The notes under the pieces were generated by a model. That model searched no databases. It was not told where the DNA came from and saw only the letters and a list, made by a program, of their open reading frames with translations. From Obrimoposthia wandeli (lineage: Eukaryota), in contig CDROCS010001029.1 of assembly GCA_977020255.1 (NCBI GenBank), positions 1 to 64,000 on the forward strand: 64,000 bases of DNA. The letters run 5' to 3'. Below, one piece after another: positions 51,601 to 63,073 of the stretch. Position 1 is the first letter of the stretch. The number at the start of each line of letters is the position of its first letter. Both the position numbers and the translations under genes were made by a program.

Positions 51601-54600
51601 GAGACACATAATGATGGTGTCAAATATCATTTAAATCGATTTCATAGTGTTAGAGATAGAGCTTTCCCTTACACGAACTACCAAGCAGTCATTTTGACTG
51701 CGCCTGACAAAATCTACATGTGTGCAAAACGGTCTCTCAGTGATGACGCAATTCTAAAACACCTGCAAACAATTGCTGATGACGTATCAGAAGACGAAGA
51801 AATAATCAGTAGCGAGGATGAATATGTGCCACAAAATGTGGACAACTCCTCTTCTTCAGAGTCTGAAAATGATGATATCCAACATGAAGTAAGGTTACAG
51901 TTATGGCAGAATGAAGCTAATTCCTCAGCTGGACATAATGAACAAGGTAAAATATTTATGTATAAACGTCCTCGTATTATATTGATATTATTTCTGTTTG
52001 CAGATAAAGGACGTAAAGCCAAAAAACATATACAATGTACAGATGATTTGAGAGTTGCAGCTTCAAGTCTAATAAGTAAGGACGGCACAAAATGGGAAAT
52101 TGTAAATCAAGGCGCAAATGTCCCTGGAAGGGTAGGAACTCAAAATATATTGCGAGAAGAACAAGGACCTACACCTCTTCCCAAACGTGAAATTGAAAAG
52201 GGCAATGCTTTGAGTGCTTTTTGATTGTTGATCGACGACTTTATTATCAAACATATACAAAAATGTACAGAAACTGAAGCATGGATAAAGTCAAAGAACA
52301 ACTCTTGGACAATATCATTTGAGGAAATATATGCCACTATCGCTATTATGTATGATAAAGGACTTCTTGCCAAGGGTCAATCAATAACTCAACTTTGGTC
52401 AACAACGTGGGGGTCCGCATTTTTTGCAATACAATGTCGCGAAATCGTTTCACAGAAATAATGAAGTATCTTAGATTTGACATGCGATCAACACGATCTC
52501 TTTGAATAAAGACAGACAAGTTTGCAATGGTGTCCGAAATTTGGAATATATTTATTGAGAACTGTGTGACTTGTTACAAACCTGGGCCGAATATATCTGT
52601 AGATGAACAACTTTTCCCGTATAAATCAAGATGCCCATTTACGCAGTATATAGCGAGTAAGCCTGATAAGTTTGGAATCAAATTTTGGCTAGCAGCAGAC
52701 AACAAATCCAAATACCTATTGAATGCACTCCCATACCTTGGAAAAGATGACAGCCGTCCCTCAAACCAACCAGTAGCTGAACATGTTGTTCTCAGCTTAG
52801 TAAAACCTTTCGTAGGTAAAGGAAGAAATGTAACTATGGACAATTTCTTCACATCTTTGAAACTGGCAGAAAAATTGCACGCCAAACAGATAAGCATTGT
52901 TGGCACTTTGAATCGAATCTGCAGGGAGGTACCCCGGAGTGTAAAATCATCCAAATGCAATAGATATTGCACACACATTCTCAGAACAGACAAATGCACT
53001 CTCACAGTGTATCAGGCAAAGAATGTTCTACTATTGAGTTCTATGCACAGAAGTGTAGCAGTTGATAATCAAAAGAAGATACTCCCTGAGACTGTTGCGT
53101 ATTATAATAATACGAAATACGGTGTTGATGTCTTGGATCAGATGGCCAGAAGGTATAGTACTAAAAATAGTTCCAGGCGATGGCCCATCCAAGTGTTCTA
53201 TAATATGTTAGATTTAGCTGGCATAAATGCGGTAATATTGTACAGGGAGGTCACTGGCGAGAAAATATCTCGCAAAGATTTCCGGCTTTCTCTTGCGACA
53301 GAAATGCAACAAGCTTTCAAGAAGAGTGTTGCCACAAACGATGATATTGAAAGTGACATTGAGGTTGAAGAGGTAGTGGCATCTAACAAAAGGAAGCAAT
53401 GTCAAGTCAGACTATGAAAAAACAACAAAGCCGCAGATACATGTTACAAATGCAAAAAACAAACTTGTGGAAAATGTACTAGCAAAGTTTTCAAGAAACT
53501 GTTGTGCAAAAAATGTGACAAATAATTTATTTCGTCGTCGTTACCAAAAATAAATACTTTTATTTGTTCTAATTTTATTGAAGGATTTAATATTCTATAA
53601 TATGATTACTTTAATGTGTTAATTCATATAAATTAATCCATGATTGTACTTTATAACATTATAGTTGTTTATGTTTTTTATAAACATCGAAAAGGTTCTA
53701 TATCTTGTTTTGATTACCTCAATTGAATAAATAATTATTTATTAACCATAAATGACCGCGTATAATAGAAAAATATGAAAAGCAGTCATTTTGACTGCCT
53801 GGTAGTTTTAAATGCGTGGTAGTTCTAGTGTTAATGCACAAATATAAATGGAAATGTTATTAATTTGTTAAATTAAAATTATATCGAAATTAACTTTGGG
53901 AACTATTTTAAATTTAAGTATAATTTCAAGTATATTTCAAAAATCCACCATAAAAATATCGATAGTTTCCAAAACACGTTTCCATTTTTCAGTTAACCAG
54001 TGTAAAGTTTCAATAAATGAGCTTTGTTAAGCTCATAATCCTGCTGTACAAATACTTCTTAAAATTGCTGTCATGTATTTTCTCGGTCAGTATAAATATA
54101 ATAAGATACTTTAGCTTTTTCTTCCTTTGTGAATCCGGGAATAATTTAATTTAATTTTCTATCAGATAATGAGCCTTCATCATTTGTAGTCATCTAAAAC
54201 TGACTTTTTAATACTTGTTCAATAAGAAACGCATTTTGTTCGGAAACCCTTCCTTTAACAACAAGTTTTGATATAAGAATTTCATTTTTTTCAACATTAG
54301 ATAAAATGATTCGAGCGATAATACTATGTTTAATATTTATTGATATAAATATGGCATTGATGTAATTAGGATTAACTTAATTAAACTGTAAAATAAAATA
54401 TCTATGTAGATTATTAACTGTTTTGTTCCATTTTTTATAAAAATTAATATACTATTAAAAACGAAAATTATATGAAATAATATAAAAGCAAAATTAATAC
54501 TGGTTAATGTTTTTGTTCTAAGAATTTTTTTTATAAGTGTTCTATATACTATACTATACTATAATAATTAATCTGAAATCAATTTAGTTTATTTCATAAT

Positions 54601-54897
54601 GAAATTTTCATTCAAGTGCGATTTATTTGAAATTTTTATTTCCGTGTCTTTATCCATTTGAATGTGGCTGTTTATGATATGAAGTAGTTAAATATCTTTG
54701 AACTCATCTTGTCTAGATGATTTTTAAATTGTACTCAGTTCGAGTTTGTCAATGGATCCTTGTCGGTATTGATCCAGGATAAATCATTTTCCTGTCAAAA
54801 TGCCAACACTAAATTCTATTTTTACCTGGATGACGGAACTCCAGCAACTATCACGTGTCCGGATTTACCAAGGTTAGATCTGTATTTTGTGAATTGA
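15559..54897 (+). CDS. LMLN: Leishmanolysin-like peptidase / invadolysin (M8), 15 coding exons; 3' end uncertain
   Basis: 15 GT-AG exons join in phase to give ~577 codons: signal peptide, HEIIH (25047-25061), third His (SHF) and Met-turn (NELMTP...SNLTLALLEDTGWY). The end coordinate assumes read-through of exon 15 to TGA 54897. Confidence 0.9.
16520..17000 (+). mobile_element. Decayed Tc1/mariner transposase fragment
   Basis: DDDRYF, KVLLWIVVSANG and FRQDEASSHY resemble DDETYF, VMVW and FQQDGAPSH. Confidence 0.55.
17319..17459 (+). CDS. LMLN: LMLN exon 2
   Basis: IVTSGP...NNLRILFHF...ETLK; 141 nt, phase 0-0. Confidence 0.85.
18830..19100 (+). mobile_element. LINE (CR1/L2-like) RT 3' fragment
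   Basis: PKYLYELL...H.Y.LRN...APNFYNNLP pattern. Confidence 0.45.
19536..19621 (+). CDS. LMLN: LMLN exon 3
   Basis: KEVFDPAQKQIQDVLAPRNAPTAPIRVD(R); phase 0-2. Confidence 0.8.
20440..20870 (+). mobile_element. LINE (CR1/L2-like) RT fragment
   Basis: LNLTSVFDTVNH, SYLENSKQVV, GILQGSVL...LF, DDFQIY. Confidence 0.75.
21735..21846 (+). CDS. LMLN: LMLN exon 4
   Basis: SCVDG...CAFNCTVSTTCLDVPIPEKFLK; phase 2-0. Confidence 0.88.
21980..22137 (+). CDS. LMLN: LMLN exon 5
   Basis: QCYII...DYDMVLVVT...AIAYAASCFHDSYD(R); phase 0-2. Confidence 0.9.
24965..25067 (+). CDS. LMLN: LMLN exon 6 (HExxH)
   Basis: RPILGVVNVC...KHEIIHAL then GTAAGT. Confidence 0.95.
25663..25839. repeat. 33-bp minisatellite (~5.5 copies, continuing after the hAT insertion)
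   Basis: Unit TACAGTATAGATAACCTATTAAAACAGCGAATT. Confidence 0.92.
25840..26737 (+). mobile_element. Non-autonomous hAT (Charlie/SPIN-like) element
   Basis: TIRs CAGGGGTGGCCAAC / GTTGGCCACACCTG, 8-bp TSD GTATAGAT, residual transposase C-terminus TKLRSVLTDSH...QVSH*. Confidence 0.92.
27140..28800 (-). mobile_element. Solo LTR (1661 bp) related to the 12168-13981 LTR
   Basis: TGTT...AACA, 4-bp TSD GGAG, shared terminal motifs and a 29-nt identical block. Confidence 0.93.
27657..28060. repeat. 64-bp tandem array (~6 copies) inside the solo LTR
   Basis: AATTATAACG recurs at 27721, 27785, 27849, 27913, 27977 and 28041. Confidence 0.95.
29601..29707 (+). CDS. LMLN: LMLN exon 7
   Basis: GFAVDQFAFFRTPDGNPYVPR...GN then GTGAGT. 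Confidence 0.93.
30720..31910 (+). mobile_element. Polinton/Maverick relic: packaging ATPase and integrase fragments
   Basis: VGPSGSG, ISDDL, VIFIIQNLF...HYLVLFKNPRD (30720-31230); KPMKRRFPTR...YILTCIDVFSKFARAVP (31715-31910). Confidence 0.8.
32996..33272. mobile_element. hAT MITE (same family as 49543-49856)
   Basis: TIRs CAGGGGTTCCCAAA / TTTGGGAACCCCTG and internal similarity to 49543-49856; no TSD recognisable. Confidence 0.8.
33765..33873 (+). CDS. LMLN: LMLN exon 8
   Basis: YYNWNEFIAKTVTR...FVLPKVL then GTAAGT; phase 2-0. Confidence 0.85.
35180..35287 (+). CDS. LMLN: LMLN exon 9 (third Zn His)
   Basis: ETAKSYFKC...LEDFGGSGSALSHFDELVYN then GTGAGT. Confidence 0.93.
37038..37117 (+). 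CDS. LMLN: LMLN exon 10 (Met-turn)
   Basis: NELMTP...SNLTLALLEDT(G). Confidence 0.93.
38410..38520 (+). CDS. LMLN: LMLN exon 11
   Basis: WYLVDYSKADRFTHGAGLGCTFTNSGC. Confidence 0.92.
40540..40700 (+). mobile_element. Decayed hAT transposase fragment
   Basis: LNHR...EVESEQG...WLSQG resembles the Charlie/Buster RWLSRG region. Confidence 0.4.
40813..41032 (+). CDS. LMLN: LMLN exon 12
   Basis: PYCN...CNL...QYQYF...GSMEYNEYCPSYQ. Confidence 0.92.
45300..46033 (+). mobile_element. 5'-truncated Tc1/mariner DD37D (maT-like) element
   Basis: FSDEKLF, VMVWAAIS, FQQDGAPSH-(37 aa spacing)-PDLNPLD; one stop at 45503; right end ...CACCCTG followed by TA. Confidence 0.9.
46683..48078 (-). mobile_element. 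Solo LTR (1396 bp), third member of the family group
   Basis: TGTT...AACA, 4-bp TSD TATG, conserved AGAACTCACGTTGGGG motif. Confidence 0.9.
47165..47360. repeat. ~33-bp degenerate tandem array (~6 copies) in the solo LTR
   Basis: TTTACTTTACCTAGAAATATAACCAAA-like units; period 33 between 47171 and 47204. Confidence 0.85.
48139..48184 (+). CDS. LMLN: LMLN exon 13 (short)
   Basis: Strong acceptor, LLDHRITSLSSSDEN; phase 0-1 bridges exons 12 and 14. Confidence 0.65.
48646..48749 (+). CDS. LMLN: LMLN exon 14
   Basis: SYFGNDSMCF...FGASCQK. Confidence 0.85.
49543..49856. mobile_element. hAT MITE (314 bp)
   Basis: TIRs CAGGGGTTCCC / GAGAACACCTG; 8-bp TSD ATTTAAAG on both sides. Confidence 0.9.
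51493..53830 (+). mobile_element. Full-length piggyBac element (2338 bp), transposase inactivated
   Basis: TTAA TSDs, 13-bp TIRs CACTAGAACTACC, subterminal palindrome GCAGTCATTTTGACTGC at 51685 and 53782. Confidence 0.95.
51718..53525 (+). pseudogene. piggyBac transposase pseudogene
   Basis: SVDEQL, TMDNFFTS, GVDVLDQM, C-terminal Cys-rich domain; TGA at 52222 and 53415, frameshift near 52450. Confidence 0.92.
54739..54872 (+). CDS. LMLN: LMLN exon 15
   Basis: FEFVNGSLSVLIQDKSFSC...GTPATITCPDLP. Confidence 0.82.
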
Positions 54898-57800
54898 GTT
54901 GTAGCAGTTATTTGAATCACTCTGTATATGATTATGATTAATATGATTTGTTGAATATTTACTTAAAATATTTGTAAGTTTGTCATGGAAATTTGATATT
55001 AAATAATAAAATACATTGAAAAGTCAATCATAATACCTCAATCTTATATAATAACAATGAAAATTCAAATAGAAGTTTTAAGGAAAATACTATATATTTC
55101 TAAGAAATGGATATTTTACAAACTGGATAGATAAACAAAATGAAACTTAATGTCAAATGACCACCACATACCAAACTTATCATTCAAAATTGGAATTTTC
55201 TGAATGCCAAATCTCTTTACAATCTTCCATGACCATTTTAACAGTATATTTTTTAATTTTAGACGAAATAAAACCTATTTCTCATGTACAGAATCTCTTC
55301 AACAGCCACTTCACCTTCAGTTTCGACTGAATCCAAAATACCGATCAGCAAAGAGGCCGCTTCTACACAAGAACTTTACCACAGTTTCTATTTCTTTTTA
55401 CTCTGTTTTATGTTATTATTCTGAAATTATTGTCACTTTCTGATTTATACACAAATTCCCACACATATATTCTACACCCAAACTTTGCGATCTGATAATC
55501 TGGCAAACTTATTGGAACAATAAAATGCAGTGATTCTCATGGTTCATTGATATTGCTGGGGTTGGATATTGTATACTTCTTAGCCAAGGTTCCTACTCGT
55601 GAGCTCCTAAAGGATTTACTGAAGATACTTCTGGCTACCGTGTCAGATAATGTAGGTTCAAATTTGTCGAGTTTGGGGAAGAAACCATGTTGGGTCTTTC
55701 GATTTTTATATTAATTATGATTAGATTCGACAATTATAAGTTACAATGATATTAAATTATCTCAGGGAGCGTACAATTTATTTTATCATATGTTAGTCTA
55801 TTTTATAGTTCTTAACACAATTCCTGGATTGAAATTCTAGAACCAATAGAGTATGGGAAGTGTCTGGCTCACTTGAGATACCTACCAATGTGAACGCACA
55901 CCAACGGAAGTGAATGTGTGTATAACATAAGTGATTGCGTCATCACCCAAGGGTGGTTGCCCATACCATAAAGATATGGCTGAGAAAGGTTGTGAAAGAT
56001 TAAAGGTATGATTGGGACCGTCTATAGTTGCTAAACATATGTAAAGAGTTGTGGTCGACCACAGATAAAAGAATAGGGCTAAATATAAAATCAAGTTTCA
56101 AATGTCAAGGATTGAATAAATAGTTGAGTTCAACCTTAGAAGACCAGTTCTCATAAGAAGACTTATCTCATAAGGGAATGATCAATCATAAATGAAAGGG
56201 TCGGGGGAAAAGTTGAAATTATAAAGTTTTAAGTACATGCTTGTGTTTGTCGAAAAAATTGTAAGTTTAACCATGTATTTATTTTATGGTCGTTCATAAG
56301 GTAAAAGTTGGATTCAGAATAAACATTACTGGATTCGTTTATCAAAAACGTCTTCAACCATACCTTCATGGTCATGCATAAGTTAAGCGGTGCTGATAAA
56401 AACATCAAAAACAAAAAATTTAAATAAATATTTCACCACAATAAAAATTATTGTTTACATTTATATTATCTTTTTAAAATTGTGCCATAAATCAAATATT
56501 AAATCTCAAATTATTCTTCTTTTTCAAATACAATTATAGCAAATTGTTTAATTAAAACTAAAAGATACTTATTGGGGAAAAATTTTAATTTATGTAAAGT
56601 ATTTTTGATATATTTAGACTTTTTTGATACATAAATGTAAAAAAAATAATTTTACAAGATAAAATGAAATTTTTGTTTAAAAACTTCGCAAAATTAACAA
56701 TTTCGATAAATATTTCACTTACTAAAAGTTTTCATCATATCTATTGACGTCAATATGAAACGATTTTATCTATTTTATTTAAAACGTATATGTACATGAT
56801 TGATATAATACAACATCAAATATGAATACTTTCATTATGAGTTGTTCAACTATGAGTATTTTTATCCAATTTCATGAATTTTACAATTTTTAATGTTTAC
56901 CTTTTTGTCTTATTTGAATTATTTTAGTCTTTGATTTAGTAATTTGCAGCTTATAAACATAAAAGAGTAATTATAAACGTTAGTTAGTGTAACATTATTT
57001 ACTTTCCGAAAATATGTTAACTTTTATATACATAAAAAAGTTGAAAATAGGGTAGACTTATGGCAGTTTATCACTTACCAAGTGTAGGTTCCATATAAAG
57101 TTCATATCTGATTCATTTAAAACAATTATATATCAAAATACACTTCAAAATGATTGTAACATGAAAATATATTAATATTCTTTAACAGATAAATAGTAAA
57201 TGTAAACAAACGCTTAACCTTTAACTGTATAGCCTGGGTCAATCCGTAATTAATAAAATGATACTAGTATATGCAGCATATATATGTTCATAATCGCATA
57301 ATAACCAAATAAAGCGATGCCAAAAAGAATTGTAATGTGAGAAGATGAAAATACTAATCAATCTTCAATTATATTTTTGTCAAAAATTGTGTTCAGTCAA
57401 TTATTTTTTGAGGCAGCACTTGCTGCCTTTATTGAGGCAAAACAATCGATGCCGAAAAAGATTGTCAAAGAGAGAGATTGCTGGTTAGAAAAAACTTGCA
57501 CACCAAACACGCACACAAGAACAGTACACCGACATTCTAACTGAATTCACACATTCACCGAAAAGCGAAGAGAGCAAGGACGGTGATATGGAGTGAGACA
57601 GGGATTGTACGTGAAGAAAAGTCACCTTGTGAGAGGTAGATCAAAGGAGCAGAATTACACACAAATATGAAATATACATATGAAATGGTTGACAAGGTGA
57701 GAAGACACGGGAAGAAAACAGGCTGCAGTGAGAAGACCGAGACGACCGAAATAAGTAACGGTCGGGGAACCACGTGAGACGGGGGAAACAGCAACTTGTC

Positions 57801-58134
57801 AGTAGCTGTACATGCTGTTGGCAGGATTGAGACACTGGTAGAAAGATAATGAAGAGGGCCAGAACAGTCTATTCTAGGCCGTCCTGCTTGTTCTGTGATC
57901 GATTGCGGTTGTGTTACCACTGTTGTAGAGGGACGCCAAGAGAGAGGTAGCATTGATAGATAGTTGTAGGATGGAGATGAAGACTGATCAGTGTTGTCGC
58001 GGCCGCTCGGATAGATAAGCTATCCGGAAAATTCTGGGTGGCACTTTGATGGGGTAAATCGCATCTTGTAATTTTTGTCATTGTTTATATCCAACTTCAC
58101 GGTAGACACACAAGGTCAAATATAAAAATACACA

Positions 58135-58170
58135 CCGTCTCCCTGAAGAGTCCGGCAGGACGAAACGGGG
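58135..58170 (+). ncRNA. Hammerhead-ribozyme-like motif (minimal or degenerate)
   Basis: CTGAAGA-GTCC-GGCA-GGAC-GAAAC core with perfect stem II; upstream CCGTC can pair with ACGG; stem I missing. Confidence 0.55.
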
Positions 58171-58329
58171 CTATTGAAAGATTGAATGATTTCACGTCCA
58201 TACTTTGGGAATTTCTGTTGTTCAAATTAATTTTTAAAACCCCGCAGATACGTTTTTGAACATTACATATGCAAAGATTCTACGTGCATAATTTTAAATA
58301 TCAGTAACAATCCTATTTACATACATAAA

Positions 58330-58700
58330 GGTTGTCAAAGTGCGTTTGTCACCAACCCCGATACAGTTTACGGTTCGACTACTTTTTTCAGCAAGTACAT
58401 TTGCTGGAGCATTTGGGACACTTGATGATCCGTTCTCATCGATTTTCAAAATTGATAGGTGACTAACATTATGACTCAGAACCTCTGTAAGGATGGTGAA
58501 ATAGGAATTGATCCTTTCTTCATTGAAAGCCTGAGCCTTTTTTTGACGAAAAACTTTCTGGATTCCTCAAAGCCGATTGGTTTTTTCTCGATCGAAATAA
58601 GAGCACAAATCTTAGTCAGCCATTTATTCTTCTCCCAGGAAGCTGGAAAATAGACATGTTATTTTACGTTTTTACTAAAGCGACATCGTAGTTATATTCG
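58330..58700 (-). mobile_element. pogo/Tigger-like transposase relic
   Basis: Minus strand PASWEKNK..., KAQAFNEERINS, IDENG..SVPNAPANVLAEKSSRTV...GDKRTLT. Confidence 0.6.
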
Positions 58701-61058
58701 CATTTCTGCAATTGTTTTATTGTGACTGTGAAGCCTCTTTTAGATAGAATAAGAATATGTTCAGCTAACTTTGCTTTCTGTTCATTCAAAAGTACCCTGC
58801 TATGTGTGCTGTATTGTTTTATGTTTAACTACCTCACCATTACAAACGGTATATTTCTAAACGTTATCGGAAAGATTCATATGCAGAATGTTGTAGTTCT
58901 TTGCGGCCTGTCTATTTCAGAGTATAAAATATTACATCATTTATACCGCTATTTATTCAGTTTTATTTTTATTTAATTAACTTAATTTTTATTTGATTTG
59001 ATTAACAATAATGTGTTTACTAGCAGCATTATTATTGGCTTTTGAAGAACTAAAATTATTGATAATCCACGGCGATAAAGACGACGAAAGTGATATTGTT
59101 GAAATACCAACTGTACTTTTATAAGTATTGGAAAGGTTAAAAATATGCGATATAGAAGATGCTTTTTGACTTTTCTGTGTATAATACGCATCCCCTATGT
59201 TTGATTAAATTTAGTTTATCGTATCTTCTTTTTTTATAATGCTCTTACTACAGTCGGAATTTTAGGTACCCTATAAACTTAAGATAGTGAACTAATGATG
59301 AAGAGAGAGAAATTCAAGTAGCATGACTAATAAAACATTTAACCATTCATAGCCATAAATTTCCACAAATTACTTACTATAACTCAAAATTTAAGTGAAT
59401 CTGAAGGGTATTAGAAGGATAATGGTAAAAGTGATAATTGTAAATAGTCTACGATAGATTACATATTTCAACTTAAAACAGTTTCTTAATCCTATCTTAT
59501 TGACATGGGGTTAGGGTTATAGTAAGGGTAAGGGTATATAACAAAAACCATAATTTATAAAAAAAAACAATTTTTTAATGTATATCTTAAAAGTAAGAAA
59601 ATTCCGCTAACTCTGCTGGGTCCTATCTTCCCGAATATCGTTTCTCTATAAATGTATTTTTTAATTTAACTATTCACTTTAGTCATCACTTAAATTGTCT
59701 GGTAAATAATTTGAATAATAATGATAAAATCTGCCAAGCTTTAAATATTACATAGCAGTGGAATTTCTAATTCCATTCTTTCTACTCAGCAGCAGTCTAC
59801 CAGTGATACGAAGAAAGTTGTGAAAGGTGGAAATCAAATATTTTATAATATTTTAAAATTTACTTATTTATCATAAAAATATATGGTTAACAAAATTTTG
59901 CTCTTCATTATTTAAATTATATAGACCTTACTCAAACTTTATTAATCACATCCAATTAATTTTAAATTAGTGCTATTATTTTGGGGCTTTCTTTTTAATT
60001 TTAAATATGATTTAATTTATTGTTAACTTGATATCCCTAAATTATCAGTAGACTGGACTATAAATATTTCAATCATTTCAATTATTTAATTAAATTCGTC
60101 TATGTCCGGACCTCAACATAATTAAACTTTTTAGATGAATTTCTATAATAACTCATACATTAGAAACCAAACACAATTTTAAAGCACAAATTAATTCTCC
60201 TTGAAAAAGGTATATTTTGTATAAAAAGCGCACCTTATAGAATAAGAAGTAGAAAAAATTTGCAATACTAATTCACACGCACACCTGCTCATAAATATTA
60301 GCTGATCCTCTTCAAAGGCACATCATGTTGACTCGGGTATTCTATAGGAACTCTAAAATAAATAAAACCAAAATTTCGAGATATATGGTTAGATAAATTC
60401 TTACTGTCATCTTGACCGGTAAAATAATTTGGTATAGGGGTTGCGATAGTTTTGGTCACAGGCTTCATCATCGTGGTTGAACCTTTATTATATAAATGTT
60501 TAATAAATATCCCAATTGTAGGCCCTGGTTTTGATTTTATTGTAGTTCAAGTTGTTATATTGTTGTAATGTCATTAATAAAGTCATTTATAGACACGAAT
60601 CTTGACATTCCAATAATTGAAGCCTAACACAATAATACAAATGTGTAATTCTATCATTAATGATTTTATATTTAAACGAATAGAACTCCGATGTTTAATT
60701 GGAGCAAATACGGTAATTTACACGGTTAAAACATTTAGGATATAAGTTATGAAGAGGCGAAGAATTACTCTTCTCTTGTAGGTCCTATGTTTAGTAACGA
60801 GACAGATGCAACATTTCAATGCGGCCAATCAAAGTTGCTGAGCTTGAGTATGCATCGGGTAGACATTCTGCAGCCTAAGCGATCTAAGATGACACGGAGA
60901 ATCGGCTGCAGTTCCACATCTACGTGAGTTGACATTGTTAAATATTGTAAAGAAACTACAACCTATTAATAGTGCAGTGTGGCGTAGAATTTTTAGTTGA
61001 ACAAGACACTTGTAGTTTTTGTGAATTTGCTGTTGTAAGAACTAAATCTTGTCTGTGC

Positions 61059-63073
61059 ATGCTCGGAATAATCGTTTTTTTCCTCCTCACAAGTTTCACT
61101 GGATATTTTTGTGATTCGATTTGTGGATATGTTATACCCAAACCAATCGAGGTTATTTTTCATCTTTCCAGTTTCAATAGTGTTTATTTGGTATAAAATA
61201 GCTTTCAAATTTTCATAAATTTCACCCAAGTTCCAAACAAATATTAAATAGAAAGATGTGTATTTATGATACAAACGCGGGTTACAGTTGAATAAATGAA
61301 CATAATTCTTTTGTGTGATTGCACGCTGCATTGCAAAAGAAGTTGTGTAGGTAATTGAGTACTAAGCGTAATTTTGTTGAGGAGTCACAAATGTATAGCT
61401 CAGCGTAAAATTCTAGTGTTGCCTGCCACAATATTTGTACTTTTTCTTCAAATTTTTTATTTTTCTAAATAAAGAATGTTGAAATGTTTCCAATAGAGCT
61501 TGTTGGTTAAATGTGATCTTTGTGCTTCACTGATTGTAGATGCTGGTCTAAATCAGCCTTGCATTTATTTGCAATGGAAACAGGTGGATTGTATACCCCA
61601 CACAACACTTCGTGGTTTACCTTCGATCGTTTTAACATGGGAGTTTTTTCCAGCTCATAACTAAATTTACATTTTTGTCAGGACATTTTATGACTAGACG
61701 GTTTCGAAAATATATTAGAAAATGTAATAATAAATAGTAAGTTCAAAATACTAACCATACAAACAAAATCAATAACAAATTTACGATACAAAACAGTGCA
61801 GTGCAGAATGACGACAATGAATATAAATCCATCAAATAAATCACGAGAAGTCTTTGTCAAATTTCTGAAGGGCCCTTTGTGTGTGAAATTTCGTTAACAA
61901 TTCGTTGAAAACTTTTTGAAAATTTTTCAAAGAGAATTTTTGACCACAGTTATAATAACACTCTTAGACAAACCATTAACTAAATGTTCTAATATTATTT
62001 ACAGTAATTAATATTCACCGCTAGGATGTATTTCAAACATTTGTAAATCCAAAATTAAAAAATTAAACAGAAGAGAATTAGCATGTACACAGCTCAAATA
62101 GAGTAGATCTAGTCTTGAAAGAGTACGGTTGGTAACCCTATTGTTGTGTATTGAACCTGGAACACCGTTTCACGCAACTTGACATACAAATTGGAAATGT
62201 GACATTTTCCCAGACTATGTTTCTATCTCAAGACATCTACGTGCATATGACAAATTCAGTTTGGCGTCTGATATAACCAAGTTTATAACAAATCAAAGTG
62301 TGGTGTCGATTGCTTGGGGAAATGATTAAACTGTACACAACACGGTGTACTTGTATACTCTGGTCAGTGTACTTTCTACATACTCCTTAACATGACGACC
62401 ATAATGCGTGAATTCTAAACGAAGAAAGATTAAACATCAATACCACGAGGTGAGATTCCATGCTGACTCTTGATGAGGAATGGTGCAGTTCATGGAGTAT
62501 GGCGGCAACATGGGACAGCAATTAGGCTCTTCGTCAAATGATGAGATACAAAAATCTCATATTAACGACGTATTCCAAGTGCAATGAACTCTGTTACGGA
62601 AAGCGTTTGTTAATAATTTTTTTTGTTAAATGTTAATCAAGATTATAAAAATACATTAATTTCTCATTTTGAATTAAAATTCACATAAAATAGCATGTGT
62701 CAATGTGACAAACTCCCAGAATTGAAGGAACATTGCTTTAATATTTATAATAACCTTTACTAATACGAAATTTTATGTTAAGAAAATATATTTTAAAATC
62801 GTTATAAAAGTAGTTAAAAGAAACGATTGTCACAGTAAATAAGAGTATAAAATTGTCATTTTGACACACTGCAATACTTCAGTGTTAAAATCCTCTGAGT
62901 CTGAAATCATTCTACATCTAAATTTTTCTCAGATTGTAACCAATGTGGATATATCAACACCTTCGGTTTCTCGGGTCAGTTATTCTGTAGCAGGGACTCC
63001 TCCAAATAATTTGCGGATCTTCTACTCCTACACGAACGCATTTAATCAAGTGGCAGGTGCCGAATTGATTAAG
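61059..63073 (+). CDS. LMLN: Second leishmanolysin-like paralogue, exons 1 (61059-61151) and 2 (62933-63073); continues beyond the window
   Basis: MLGIIVFFLLTSF...CGYVIPKPIE then GTTATT, and a 141-nt exon IVTNVD...NNLRIFYSYT...ELIK; same phases and same exon-2 length as the first gene. Confidence 0.88.

Noticed and set aside
55656-55750. Alternative phase-2 terminal exon (RFKFVEFG...LSIFILIMIRF...*)
   Set aside because: Weak acceptor without a pyrimidine tract and no family similarity.
55882-56094. Secreted protein on the minus strand
   Set aside because: Short isolated ORF with a hydrophobic start and no other support.
57555-57953. 132-aa minus-strand protein gene
   Set aside because: Low-complexity composition, no motifs or splice support; probably a repeat-derived leader.
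59756-59823. Terminal GPI-signal exon of LMLN (AVEFLIPFFLLSSSLPVIRRKL*)
   Set aside because: Hydrophobic and plausible, but its phase does not match exon 15 and I found no bridging exon.
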